From Minisyncoccia bacterium (GTDB taxonomy: Bacteria; Patescibacteriota; Minisyncoccia; Phycocordibacterales; UBA5272): 64,000 bases of DNA. Below are positions 28,953 to 39,118 of this stretch, piece after piece. Position numbers and translations under genes: made by a program. The notes below the pieces were generated by a model. That model ran no database searches. It was given only the letters and a program-made list of their open reading frames with translations, and was not told the DNA's origin. Location of the stretch: the NCBI GenBank assembly GCA_038256975.1, contig JBBSJU010000001.1, positions 59,087-123,086 on the forward strand, written 5' to 3'. Each line of letters starts with the position of its first letter. The first letter of the stretch is position 1.

Positions 28953-29345
28953 ATGGACGAAATGAAAAAAGAAGTACCTGCAAAATTTGCAGACTTGGTA
29001 AAGAATATCGAGACTATGTCAGTGCTCGATCTTCATGAATTAGTAAAAACACTTGAAAATCACTTCGGAGTTTCTGCAGCAGCAGTTGCAGTTTCAGGTG
29101 GGCAAGCTGCGGGAGCTGAAGTGGCTGAGGCGAAAGACGCTTACACACTTCACCTTGTTTCAGCTGGCGAAGCTAAAATCGGTGTGATGAAAGTAATCAA
29201 GGAAGCACTCGGTCTTGGTCTTAAGGAAGCAAAAGACATGGTAGACGGAGCACCAATTGATGTGAAAGTGGGACTCAAGAAAGCTGAAGCTGATGATCTC
29301 AAAAAGAAAATCGAAGAAGCTGGAGGAAAGGTTGAACTTAAATAA
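28953..29345 (+). CDS. rplL: 50S ribosomal protein L7/L12
   Basis: Ala-rich hinge; C-terminal KIGVMKVIKEALGLGLKEAKDMVDGAP...KKAEADDLKKKIEEAGGKVELK. Confidence 0.9.
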   Translation: MDEMKKEVPAKFADLVKNIETMSVLDLHELVKTLENHFGVSAAAVAVSGGQAAGAEVAEAKDAYTLHLVSAGEAKIGVMKVIKEALGLGLKEAKDMVDGAPIDVKVGLKKAEADDLKKKIEEAGGKVELK

Positions 29346-29374
29346 CGAAGTTATTTGCCGCTTTTCAGCCGGAG

Positions 29375-29455
29375 GCGCGTCGGCGCTGACCCAGTAGGTC
29401 ATTCTGCTGAATGAGGCGGGGTCGCGTAAATTTTCGTCAGAAAATTATACGTGAC
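29375..29455 (+). repeat. repeat element family C copy 1
   Basis: ACCCAGTAGGTCATTCTGCTGAATGAG plus flanks, related in inverted orientation to 49934-49960 (25/26 identical in the core). Confidence 0.45.
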
Positions 29456-29491
29456 AAAGTGGAACTTAAATAAGTTTTCTTTTCAAAAAAC

Positions 29492-29526
29492 AAAACCCGC
29501 ACATAAATGTGCGGGTTTTGTTTTGT
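29492..29526 (+). terminator. intrinsic terminator
   Basis: AAAACCCGCACAtaaaTGTGCGGGTTTTGTTTTG. Confidence 0.7.
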
Positions 29527-29551
29527 TCTAATTAAGGCATACAATCACTGT

Positions 29552-31327
29552 ATGTGTGGCATTATTGCAGGAAATACTAAACGCTCAGTCACGCCATTTT
29601 TAATACAAGGGCTTAAGCAGCTAGAGTATAGGGGGTACGATTCTTCTGGAGTGGGTGTTTTGCAAGAGGGAGTTTTTAAAAGAGAACGGAAAATTGGGAC
29701 AAAAAATATTGACGCTCTTAGCGCAGCTATTTCTCACGATACAGTATTTAATGATGCTCATGTTGGTATTGCACACACTCGGTGGGCAACTCACGGTGGA
29801 GTTTCAGTTGAGAATGCTCATCCGCACGCAGGACCTCAGAATAAAATCGTTCTCGTTCACAATGGCATTATCGAAAATTACCAAGAGCTTAAAAAATCTA
29901 TTGACGAAGGTAAACTTACTGGGCAAACAGACACAGAAGTACTGGCACACTATATTGAAAATGTGTGTGAGGATGAAGTGTCTTTGCAAAAAATATTAGA
30001 GAGGATAATTCCAAATATACGCGGAGAATGGAATAGTGTGGTGTTGCGTGACACAGGTGAGTGCGTTGCAATACGGAGAAGTGGGCAGGGTCTGGTGTGC
30101 GGGATAAGTGATGACGGCATTTTCGTTGCCTCCGATGAACAAGCACTTCCTGCATCTGTAGTAGAAGTCTATGAAATACCAAATGGTTCTATGGCTGAAA
30201 TTAAAGAGGGAGGGGTTACTTTTTTCGATAATGACGGTAAAGAATCTTTATATCCTGTGCGTCCACGCGTTGTATTTCCGGTTGAAATTTTAGATGGAGA
30301 AATGATGGGGCGAGAAATTCGCGGGCAAGATGAAACATTGAAAGCTCTTGTTTTAGGGCTTGGCAGTCAACAAGAGATTGTCGAGGATATTTTCGCACTT
30401 CTCCATCACAGAGATACAAAAGAAATTATTTTTACTGCCTGTGGGACAAGCTTTAATGCTGGACTTTGTGTTGCAAGAGAATGGGAGAAGGTATTTCAAA
30501 AACCTGTTCAAGTAATTATTGCAAGTGAAATAGAAAGCGTGATGCGTGATCTTTCTGGTGCTGTGCTCGTTGCGCTTTCACAATCTGGCTCGACGCAAGA
30601 TGTACTTGGCGCAATTGCATATGCAAGAAGACAAGGAGTACAGAAAGTTATTGCAATTACCAACAAGAGATATTCAGCAATAAAAGAAACAGCAGACTTT
30701 CTTTTTGATGTGTGCGCTGGTCCAGAGTTTGGTGTTGCGGCAAGCAAAACTTTTACGCACACTTTGATTGGCTTGCTTGCGCTCTCAAAGACAATTACTA
30801 AAGATGAAATTATCCAGAGTCTTTCTGATATCGCTGAAATAATTAAAAATGTTGACGCCTCGATGGTGTCTTGGGCAAAAGAATTAGTTTCTGCTCAAAC
30901 GATGCTTTATTTAGGCAAACATTCACTGTATCCTATTGCGGTTGAAGGTGCGTTAAAAATAAAAGAGATTAGCTATATTCACGCCGAGAGTTTTGCGGCA
31001 GGGGAGCTTAAACATGGACCTATTGCACTTGTAGAGCATGATATTCCTGTGATTCTTTTGGTTCGACATGATAGTGCCGAAGAGGCAGTGCTTGGTAGTT
31101 TGCGTGAAGTGGAAGCACGAGGAGCAAGGGTATACGTTGTATGTGAAGAAGGGGTGCCGTTGAATACTGTTCCAAGCGAAAGGATTCTAGTCTTACCAGC
31201 TTTAGGTGCACTTCATCAAATTACGTTTGTGATTCCTTTTCAACTTCTTGCGTATCATACCGCAAAGCAGAAAGGGCTTGATCCAGACAAGCCTCGTAAT
31301 TTAGCAAAATCAGTGACAGTCAAATAA
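29552..31327 (+). CDS. glmS: glutamine--fructose-6-phosphate aminotransferase
   Basis: MCGIIAG (N-terminal catalytic Cys) and two SIS domains; 591 aa from this start. Confidence 0.9.
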   Translation: MCGIIAGNTKRSVTPFLIQGLKQLEYRGYDSSGVGVLQEGVFKRERKIGTKNIDALSAAISHDTVFNDAHVGIAHTRWATHGGVSVENAHPHAGPQNKIVLVHNGIIENYQELKKSIDEGKLTGQTDTEVLAHYIENVCEDEVSLQKILERIIPNIRGEWNSVVLRDTGECVAIRRSGQGLVCGISDDGIFVASDEQALPASVVEVYEIPNGSMAEIKEGGVTFFDNDGKESLYPVRPRVVFPVEILDGEMMGREIRGQDETLKALVLGLGSQQEIVEDIFALLHHRDTKEIIFTACGTSFNAGLCVAREWEKVFQKPVQVIIASEIESVMRDLSGAVLVALSQSGSTQDVLGAIAYARRQGVQKVIAITNKRYSAIKETADFLFDVCAGPEFGVAASKTFTHTLIGLLALSKTITKDEIIQSLSDIAEIIKNVDASMVSWAKELVSAQTMLYLGKHSLYPIAVEGALKIKEISYIHAESFAAGELKHGPIALVEHDIPVILLVRHDSAEEAVLGSLREVEARGARVYVVCEEGVPLNTVPSERILVLPALGALHQITFVIPFQLLAYHTAKQKGLDPDKPRNLAKSVTVK

Positions 31328-31337
31328 ATTTTTCATC

Positions 31338-32276
31338 ATGAGTAAGGTAGAGATATACAACATACTAATGCTTTTCGTCGCACTCGTTTTAGCATTTATT
31401 CTACCATTTGATTTATTTCTGTTTGCATATGCGGTTTTAGGGCCACTTCATTATCTTACTGAAATCAGGTGGCTCCATGATAAAAATTACTTCACGGCAG
31501 CAACTATCTCTCGGTTTATTTTTGTCACTTGTATGAGTATTGGGGTTGCGGCACTATTTTCTAGCACACTTGCGGTATCAAATTTTCTTCTCATAGCACT
31601 CTTTCTTCTCTCGCTTCTCCTTGTTTTTCCTAGAAGTATATACATATGGATGAGCGCACTTGGTCTTATAGGGGTATCACTTTTCTATCGTGCGGGTCCC
31701 ATCGTTGCACTTCTTGGTGTTTTAATACCCACACTAATTCATGTGTACTTTTTTACTCTTGTGTTTATGATTCAAGGTGCTCTAAAAAATAAACATAAGA
31801 TATATTGGATTGCTCCAATCCTTCACGTATCTTTTGGATTGTTATGTGTGTATGGTTCCTTCGGTGGATATTTTGCAAGTAGCGTGTACGCACAAAATGT
31901 TTTCTTTAATCAAGACTTTGGTTTTTCTGAAACATTTGTTCAGATTGGAGGTAGTTTTTTTGGTGGTTTGCATAATGTGCGACAGTTGTTTTCTTCTCCA
32001 GAAGGGTTGGCTATAAGTCGACTGTTTGCCTTTGCGTACACGTACCATTACTTGAATTGGTTTATAAAAACACGAGTTATTGGATGGGGAAATATACCTA
32101 AAAAAACGTTCATAATTATTCTCTTATTATGGTTCTCAGCACTGTTTGTGTATACCCATGATTACATCACAGGTATGGCAGTTCTTGCTTTTCTGAGCGT
32201 TTTACATGTTGTCTTAGAGTTTCCTCTGAATATACGGGCTGTGCGGAGTTTTTTCCCAAACTCAACAAAAATATAG
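31338..32276 (+). CDS. hypothetical polytopic membrane protein
   Basis: ~9 TM helices; 312 aa. Confidence 0.45.
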   Translation: MSKVEIYNILMLFVALVLAFILPFDLFLFAYAVLGPLHYLTEIRWLHDKNYFTAATISRFIFVTCMSIGVAALFSSTLAVSNFLLIALFLLSLLLVFPRSIYIWMSALGLIGVSLFYRAGPIVALLGVLIPTLIHVYFFTLVFMIQGALKNKHKIYWIAPILHVSFGLLCVYGSFGGYFASSVYAQNVFFNQDFGFSETFVQIGGSFFGGLHNVRQLFSSPEGLAISRLFAFAYTYHYLNWFIKTRVIGWGNIPKKTFIIILLLWFSALFVYTHDYITGMAVLAFLSVLHVVLEFPLNIRAVRSFFPNSTKI

Positions 32277-32318
32277 TTTAGTTTTGGCACTTAGGGCAAT
32301 CTGATATACTCCCTATAT

Positions 32319-32951
32319 ATGGAAATTTTAGGGAAACTATTTGGAAGTGTGTTGCGAGTAAAGCTCTTGCGCACATTTCTTTTCAACCCAGGCGTCGCAT
32401 ACGATGGGGCTACGCTTGCAAAACGAACGCAATCAAAACTTGCTGATGTAAAAAAAGAATTGGGTCTTTTAATGAAGATTGCTTTTGTAAAAGAAAAGAT
32501 ATACGTCAAAGAGTTTGAGAAAAAAGTAAAACGTGGCAAAAAGACCGTGAGTGAGTATGCAAAAAAGAAAGTTGTTGGATTCACTATCAATCCAAACTTT
32601 GAATACGCAGAAACGCTCAAGAAAGTTTTACTTGATTTTCAATTTCTCGATCGCAACGCTATTGCTGATAGGTTTAAGAGAGTTGGCCGTGTGAAGTTTT
32701 TTGCCGTTGCGGGAGTGTTTCTTAATAATGTAGAAAGTCGTGTTGATATTTTGATAGTGGGGGATAGTCTTAATAGAGCACTTGTCGAAACTGAAGTACG
32801 TAAACTTGAGGCTGAAATTGGAAAAGATTTAACATACGCTCTTTTTGAGACACAAGATTTCCTCTACCGCGTGCAGATGTATGACAAATTTGTGCGTGAT
32901 ATTTTGGATTTCGAACACGTGCGCCTGATTGAAAAGATGATAGTTCGGTAA
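32319..32951 (+). CDS. hypothetical protein with possible N-terminal winged-helix DNA-binding domain
   Basis: GSVLRVKLLRTFLFNPGVAYDGATLAKRT resembles a wHTH recognition region; Lys-rich; 210 aa. Confidence 0.35.
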   Translation: MEILGKLFGSVLRVKLLRTFLFNPGVAYDGATLAKRTQSKLADVKKELGLLMKIAFVKEKIYVKEFEKKVKRGKKTVSEYAKKKVVGFTINPNFEYAETLKKVLLDFQFLDRNAIADRFKRVGRVKFFAVAGVFLNNVESRVDILIVGDSLNRALVETEVRKLEAEIGKDLTYALFETQDFLYRVQMYDKFVRDILDFEHVRLIEKMIVR

Positions 32952-33052
32952 GAGTTAAAAACTGGGGATGGGGGACCATATTTATAGTGTACAAAAGGTA
33001 TACTGTATGTAAGCCTGAATAAGGCATATGCATATTCTTTATTAAACATTTT

Positions 33053-33742
33053 ATGAATTCACAATCAGAGTTTATTTTCGCACTCAAAGACTCTTTCTAT
33101 GGTGTGCTTGAGAACGTTCTTATCTACGCTCCAAATGTTATTGTAGCGTTAGTTCTCTTTATTGTCGGTTGGTTCTTAGCTTCATGGATTGGTAAGGTGG
33201 TGGCAGCGCTTATTGGTTCTCTTAAGCTTGATGATGCGCTTGGTGCAACAGGGCTTCGTGAGTTAGCAAGTCGTGCTGGATTTGGATTGAACATCGGACA
33301 CGTACTTGGCGTATTTGTGAAATGGATGCTTATCATTATTGTGGCAACTGTTGCCTTCGATATGGTAGGGCTTTCGCAGATTAACGAGTCTCTTGCTCAA
33401 ATCTTGAGTTATATTCCAAACGTTATTGTAGCGGCAGTAGTTCTTATGATTACTGCGCTCGTTGCAGAATTTGTTGAAAAACTATCAACGGGTGGAGCTA
33501 AGGCGGCTGGAGTAAAGAAAGCAGGGGTTTTTGGAGTAGTAGCTCGCTGGTTTGTATGGATTGTTGGTATTACAACAGCCCTCGCACAACTTCAGGTTGC
33601 TGATGTCCTCGTGAGTCTTTTCCAAAGTCTTCTTACGGGTGTTGTAGCGGCAGTCGCTATTGCATTAGGTATTTCATTTGGTCTTGGCGGAAAGGAGGCT
33701 GCAGCTCGATATATTTCTCGGGTAGAGAAGGATATTGAATAG
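33053..33742 (+). CDS. hypothetical membrane protein with repeated TM-helix modules
   Basis: Repeated IPNVIVA(L/A)VLFIVG.../YIPNVIVAAVVLMI modules; 229 aa. Confidence 0.45.
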   Translation: MNSQSEFIFALKDSFYGVLENVLIYAPNVIVALVLFIVGWFLASWIGKVVAALIGSLKLDDALGATGLRELASRAGFGLNIGHVLGVFVKWMLIIIVATVAFDMVGLSQINESLAQILSYIPNVIVAAVVLMITALVAEFVEKLSTGGAKAAGVKKAGVFGVVARWFVWIVGITTALAQLQVADVLVSLFQSLLTGVVAAVAIALGISFGLGGKEAAARYISRVEKDIE

Positions 33743-33850
33743 AGCTTTACTTTTAAGACAAAAGAGGCCCCTAAAAGGGTCTTTTTTGTTTGCTTTTTGA
33801 GCAGAAAAGGGCTTAAAAAGGAGACTCTTCTTTTGGGTGTATAAATCCTA

Positions 33851-33878
33851 TTGACATCTATTTTTGCTCGTGTATACT
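33851..33878 (+). promoter_or_regulatory. sigma70-type promoter upstream of 23S rRNA
   Basis: TTGACA - 16 nt - TATACT. Confidence 0.5.
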
Positions 33879-34673
33879 AGGCTCTATCACTCAAAAATGT
33901 TAAAAGAAAAACCAAACCAACCAAGCGCCTAACGATTCAAGTCTCTTGAGTTGTACCGCTTGCAAGAGCGGTTTTTCTTTTACTAAAAAAGTGGTGCGTT
34001 GTTTGACAATTCAATTCTGTTCCTCGGGTATTTATCCCAAAACAATTTGGGGTCTTTTCTCCCGAGGAAACAGGTTCATAAAAACAAAGTAAGAAGCATT
34101 ACAGATGAAAAAATAAAAGGTACATCTGTAATGAACATGTATACGTCTTGAGTGGTCAAGACAAGTACATTTGGTTTTTACATTTCCTAATAGGAATGTA
34201 TGGGCGTACGGTGGATGCCTTGGTTCTGACGAGCGATGAAGGACGTAGTCTGGCTGCGATAAGTTTCGGGGAGGTGCCAAACAACCTTTGATCCGGAAAT
34301 TTCCGAATGAGGAAACTCCATGTGAGTAATGTCATGTGATCCCGCAAGGGAAGCGAACCCGATGAAGTGAAACATCTCAGTAATCGGAGGAAAATAAACT
34401 AAACAAGTATTTCGTAAGTAGCGGCGAGCGAAAGCGAAGAAGCCCAAACCGTTTGTAGCAATACAGGCGGGGTTGTAGGGCAGAGATGTCAATTATGAGG
34501 AGAGTTACAAAACGTGTGTTTAAAAGAAGTGCCTGGAACGGCACGCCATAGATGGTGATAGCCCAGTATTTGAAAAACACATGTCTCTCTAGTCTCTGTT
34601 CCTGAGTAATTCTAGACACGAATAGCTAGGATGAATCCACCAGCACTAACTGGTAAGGCTAAATATTGTCAGA

Positions 34674-34715
<42 letters not shown>

Positions 34716-35406
34716 GTCCGAAAGGACAGTGAAATAGACCTGAACCCGTATGCCTACAAGGAGTCAGAGCGGATATTTATATCCGTCATGGCGTGCCTAT
34801 TGAAGAATGAGCCAACGAGTTTTTATGTGCAGCTGGCTAAGGAAGAGAAACTTCTGGAGCCACAGGGAAACCGAGTGTTAATAGCGCGAAATTATAGTTG
34901 CACATAAAAGACCCGAAGCCAGAAGAGCTTACCATGAGCAGGGTGAAGTATTTCGAAAGAAGTATGGAGGCCCGAACCCGTAGATCGTTCAACTTCTTGG
35001 GATGACTTGTGGTAAGGAGTGAAAAGCTAATCGATTCTGGTAATAGCTGGTTCTCTCCGAAATAGTTTTAGGACTAGCGTCGCGTGTTCCTCTGAGGGGT
35101 AGAGCACTGGAAGGGTTCAACAGGGAGCAATCTCGTGAACCCTATCAAACTCCGAATACTCAGTAGTCAAGAACGCGGCAGTAAGACCGTGGGGGCGAAG
35201 CTTCACAGGTCAAAAGGGAAACAGCCCTGATCTCCAGTTAAGGTCCCAAAGTATATGCTAAGTGCAAAGTGAGGAGGTGAAATTTCGTAGACAATGAGGA
35301 TGTTGGCTTAGAAGCAGCCATCATTGAAAGATAGCGTAACAGCTCACTCATCGAGAGATTTTGCGCCACAGATAATCGGGGCTCAAGCATATCACCGAAA
35401 CTGAGG

Positions 35407-35549
35407 GCTTGTAGATTTCATACAGGATTTTGTGTGACATAGTGTTAGTGGATAGCACGTCACAAAATAGTGGAGGCTTCCGTTCGATTCGGAACTCACA
35501 CAAATTCTGTCACAACTGCATAGTTGTGTCCTGTATGAAATCTATAAGC
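35407..35549 (+). other. ~140-nt intervening/expansion stem-loop in 23S at the helix-45 position
   Basis: GCTTGTAGATTTCATACAGG ... CCTGTATGAAATCTATAAGC is a 20-bp stem. It replaces the short E. coli hairpin GCGGCAGCGACGCUUAUGCGUUG between CACCGAAGCUG and GGUAGGGGAGCGUUC. Confidence 0.5.
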
Positions 35550-36305
35550 GGTAGGAGAGTGTTCCGCTCTGCGTTGAAGTAGAAGGGGTGACCCACTATG
35601 GAGCGTGCGGAAGTACAAATGTTGGCACAAGTAACCACAATGTGGGTGAGATCCCCACACGTCGAAAGAACAAGGTTTTCTTCGCCATGATAATCATCGA
35701 AGAGTTAGTCGGCCCTAAGGGAATGGCTCGCGCCGGACCCGATGGACAAAAGGTTAATATTCCTTTACTTCTTTATACAGCGATGGGAGGACGAAGGGCA
35801 GTAACATACGCATATCAATGGATTTGTGTTTGTATTGTGAGGGAGCATTCTAGGTAAATCCGGGTGCTGATTTAAATATCGATTCCAAGCAATGCATAAA
35901 CCGGCGGGGCAACCCAAAGGAATGTATGTGAGCGCGCTTCCAAGAAAAGTCTCTAGCTTCAACGATAATACCGTTGAAATCTCTTCTTTTTTCGCTCTTT
36001 ATTGAGTGAAATGAGAAGGGAAATATGTATAGTGAAACCGTACCGCAAACCGACACAGGTGTTCAGGTCGAGTAGACCAAGACGAACGAGTGATTGATCC
36101 CCAAGGAACTCGGCAAAAAAGCAGCCGTAAGTTAGCAATAAGGCTTGCCCGTAGCAATACGGGCCGCAGCGAAAGTTTCCCTGGCAACTGTTTACCAAAA
36201 ACACAGCTCCCTGCGAACTCGTAAGAGTATGTATAGGGGGTGACACCTGACCAATGCCAGAAGGTCAAATATCGGTGGTCGCAAGGCTGACTGATATAAG
36301 CCCTG

Positions 36306-36346
<41 letters not shown>

Positions 36347-37004
36347 GTTCCTTGTCTGGTAAGTTCAGACGCGCACGAATGGTGTAATGACTGGGGAACT
36401 GTCTCGGGGATTAGCTCGGTGAAAATACAATACCGGTGAAGATGCCGGTTACCTGCAGTTAGACGAAAAGACCCCAGGAGCTTTACTGCAACTTGATATT
36501 GAAAATACGTTTGTGATGCGTAGCATAGGTGGGAGAGGTTGAAGTCACGGTCTCGGCTGTGATGGACTCGAAATATGAAATACCACTCTTCAAACGGGTA
36601 TGCACTAACGTGTTTAAGAAAATTTTACGCAGACAGTATCTGGCGGGTAGTTTTACTGGGGCGGTACCCTCCTAAAGGGTAACGGAGGGGTTTATTAAGG
36701 TCAGTTAGGTGTGAATGGAAACCATACCGATAGTGTAAGGGCATAAACTGGCTTTACTGTAAGACGGGCATGTCAAGCAGTTGCGAAAGCAGAACCTAGT
36801 GAACCGATGGTTCGCATTAGACGCGACCGAAGATTAACGGATAGAAGCTACTCTGGGGATAACAGGCTAGTTCCGCCTAAGAGTTCATATCGACGGCGGA
36901 GTTCGGCACCTCGATGTCGGCTCATCTTATCCTGGTGGTGAAGAAGCTACCAAGGGTATGGCTGTTCGCCATTTAAAAAGATACGCGAGCTGGGTTCAAA
37001 CCGT

Positions 37005-37318
37005 AGAGGAGGTAATTGCAAAGACGTTCCAAGTTTTTGTAATTGGCTTCTCTTAGTTTGAACCCGAGGGTTAAGACTAAACTTAACAAAAAGACATCAA
37101 TCACGGCGGTGTGTTGTAGTGATACAACATGACAAGTCAACTAATATCGGGAAAATCCTATTCGTAGGACAATTCCGAGGGAACTTTATGCAAATAAAGA
37201 CCCGTAGAGACTATACGTTGGCACACTTACATAAAAAATAAGTGCAAGCTCTAGTCCGATCCCTTCAGTAATGAAGGTTCTTGCAACCGAGACCACGGCA
37301 AGATATAAAACTGAAATG
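37005..37318 (+). other. putative group I intron (~314 nt, no ORF) in 23S domain V
   Basis: Interrupts GGGTTCAAACCGT|...|CGTGAGACAGGTTGG (E. coli GGGUUUAGAACGUCGUGAGACAG). 5' exon ends in U and the insert ends in G. Internal AGACTAAA ... TAGTCC resembles the P7 GACUA/UAGUC pair. Confidence 0.55.
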
Positions 37319-37369
37319 CGTGAGACAGGTTGGTCTCCTATCTACTGCAGGCGTTGATATTTGAGGATA

Positions 37370-37401
<32 letters not shown>

Positions 37402-37922
37402 GAACCTCTGGTGTAAGGGCTCTGGCGCCAGCCGGACCGCCCTGTAGCTATGTTCGGAACGGATAACTTCTGAAAGCATCTAAGAAGGAAGCCGCATCCA
37501 AGATAAGATATCGTTATTAGGGTCGTAAGAGATGATTACGTTGATAGGCTTTAGGTGTAAGTGCAGTAATGCATTCAGCCGAGAAGTACTAATTACCCGA
37601 ATTCCTATTAGGAAATGTGAAAACCAATGTCAGATAAATTGTTTTAAATGAAAAGAAGGGAGGGTCCGCCCTCCACACAAGGTGTATGTGCAGACTTTGT
37701 GTGGAGGGCGGAAGAAGCGAAGGTTTTACTGTTTGCTTGTCGATGTCCGTATTCCTAGGCTTCTATGCCGCGAGGAAAAGGTCTTCTGATGACAACCATT
37801 GTCAGTAAAAACGAGCATGCCTCCTTCAGGGACTGGTGTTCCGTACGAGACTCCGCCATGTGCGTATGTCTCTCGGTCGGGTGTAAGCTCAACACCAGTC
37901 ACCCCCTTCTTTGTTCTTTGTG

Positions 37923-37998
37923 TGGGGCCGTAGCTCAGTTGCGAGAGCGTCCGCATCGCATGCGGAAGGTCATGGGTTCAATCCCCATCGGCTCCACC
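37923..37998 (+). tRNA. tRNA-Ala (anticodon CGC), CCA encoded
   Basis: GGGGCCGTAGCTCAGTTG...; G3:U70 identity pair; anticodon loop AUCGCAU; T-arm GGTTCAATCC. Confidence 0.85.
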
Positions 37999-38022
37999 AC
38001 CCAAATCTTGATTTTATGAATA

Positions 38023-38099
38023 GGGAGACGTAGCTCAACACTTAGAGCGCATGTGGCGTTCCCACGTGAGGGTTGAGGGTGAAAATCCCTTCGTCTCCT
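38023..38099 (+). ncRNA. tRNA-like element (possible degenerate tRNA; nominal anticodon GUU)
   Basis: Cloverleaf possible: acceptor GGAGACG/CGTCTCC, D-arm GCTC..GAGC. But the anticodon loop GCGUUCC lacks U33 and a purine at 37, and the T-loop UGAAAAU lacks T-Psi-C. Confidence 0.3.
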
Positions 38100-38145
38100 T
38101 CATATAGTACAGTCAAGTACTTTTCTTTGAGTGTATGTTGAATGT

Positions 38146-38262
38146 TCTGTCTTGGTGGTTTGTCACGGTGGAAACACCTCTTCCCATTCCGAACAGAGTC
38201 GTTAAGCACCGCTGAACCGATGATAGTCCTTCGGGGCAAAAGTAGGTTGCTGCCAAGACAGA
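38146..38262 (+). rRNA. rrf: 5S ribosomal RNA
   Basis: TCTGTCTTGGTGG...CCCATTCCGAACAGAGTCGTTAAGCACCGCTGAACCGATGATAGT...CTGCCAAGACAGA; helix I pairs the two ends. Confidence 0.85.
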
Positions 38263-38302
38263 GTATTCAACGATGTGCGCTTAAAGAAAAGTACTTATAC
38301 GA

Positions 38303-38332
38303 AAAATCCAAAGGTAACTCTTTGGATTTTTT
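38303..38332 (+). terminator. intrinsic terminator after 5S
   Basis: ATCCAAAGgtaactCTTTGGATTTTTTGG. Confidence 0.65.
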
Positions 38333-38347
38333 GGTATACTCTCATAT

Positions 38348-39115
38348 ATGTCATGGACTCGCGAACGAAAAACATTCATTACTTTTATTGTCGCGCTTTT
38401 CTTTCTTGTTGTGGGAACTTTTATTGCACTTCCTTTTATTATCAAAGATTCTACATGTACCGATGGTGTTAAAAATGGTACAGAAACAGGTGTTGATTGC
38501 GGCGGCTCATGTGGACAGGTGTGTGCAAGTGACATCATTCCTCTTCAAATTCTTTGGGAGCGTTCGGTGCAGGTTGATGAAAAAACATACGACGCTGTTG
38601 CATATTTGGTGAATAAAAATAACACTGCAATACCAACATTCGTATCTTTTAAAGTAACGCTTTCAGATCGAAACGGGTCAACTATCACAACGCAAGAAGG
38701 ACTAACGTTTATCTTACCAGGCGCTGCCACACCGCTCTATGTTCCAAATATTTCAGTTGGCACGCGTGTTCCTGTTCGGACACGGTTTGAAATTGTAGAG
38801 ACAGGTCCTTTTTATAGTTATTCAAATCAGGAACTTTTGAAAAATGTTCAAGTTGTTGATCAGGTATTCGATAATGTAACTAATACACCACGTCTAACTC
38901 TTACCGTGGGAAACAAACTTTTCAATACAGTACGAGATATTGATGTGTATGTTCTTTTGTATGATAGCGAGGATACGGTGATTGCGGTAAATAAAACCTA
39001 CATTGAAGCAATCAGAGGGCAGTCACAAGAAAAAGCATATTTTTCATGGCGGGCGCCATTTTCAAGTCCGGCGCGGTTTGAGTTTATTCTCGTACGAAAT
39101 CCTTTTGCGCAATAA
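38348..39115 (+). CDS. hypothetical membrane-anchored extracytoplasmic protein with Cys-rich motif
   Basis: N-terminal TM helix; CTDGVKNGTETGVDCGGSCGQVC motif; beta-rich remainder; 255 aa. Confidence 0.45.
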   Translation: MSWTRERKTFITFIVALFFLVVGTFIALPFIIKDSTCTDGVKNGTETGVDCGGSCGQVCASDIIPLQILWERSVQVDEKTYDAVAYLVNKNNTAIPTFVSFKVTLSDRNGSTITTQEGLTFILPGAATPLYVPNISVGTRVPVRTRFEIVETGPFYSYSNQELLKNVQVVDQVFDNVTNTPRLTLTVGNKLFNTVRDIDVYVLLYDSEDTVIAVNKTYIEAIRGQSQEKAYFSWRAPFSSPARFEFILVRNPFAQ

Positions 39116-39118
39116 AGT

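Noticed and set aside
29346-29551. Possible glmS ribozyme upstream of glmS
   Set aside because: The region holds an rplL terminator and a family C repeat. I could not find the conserved glmS ribozyme core segments, and the terminator abuts the start codon, so no ribozyme is claimed.
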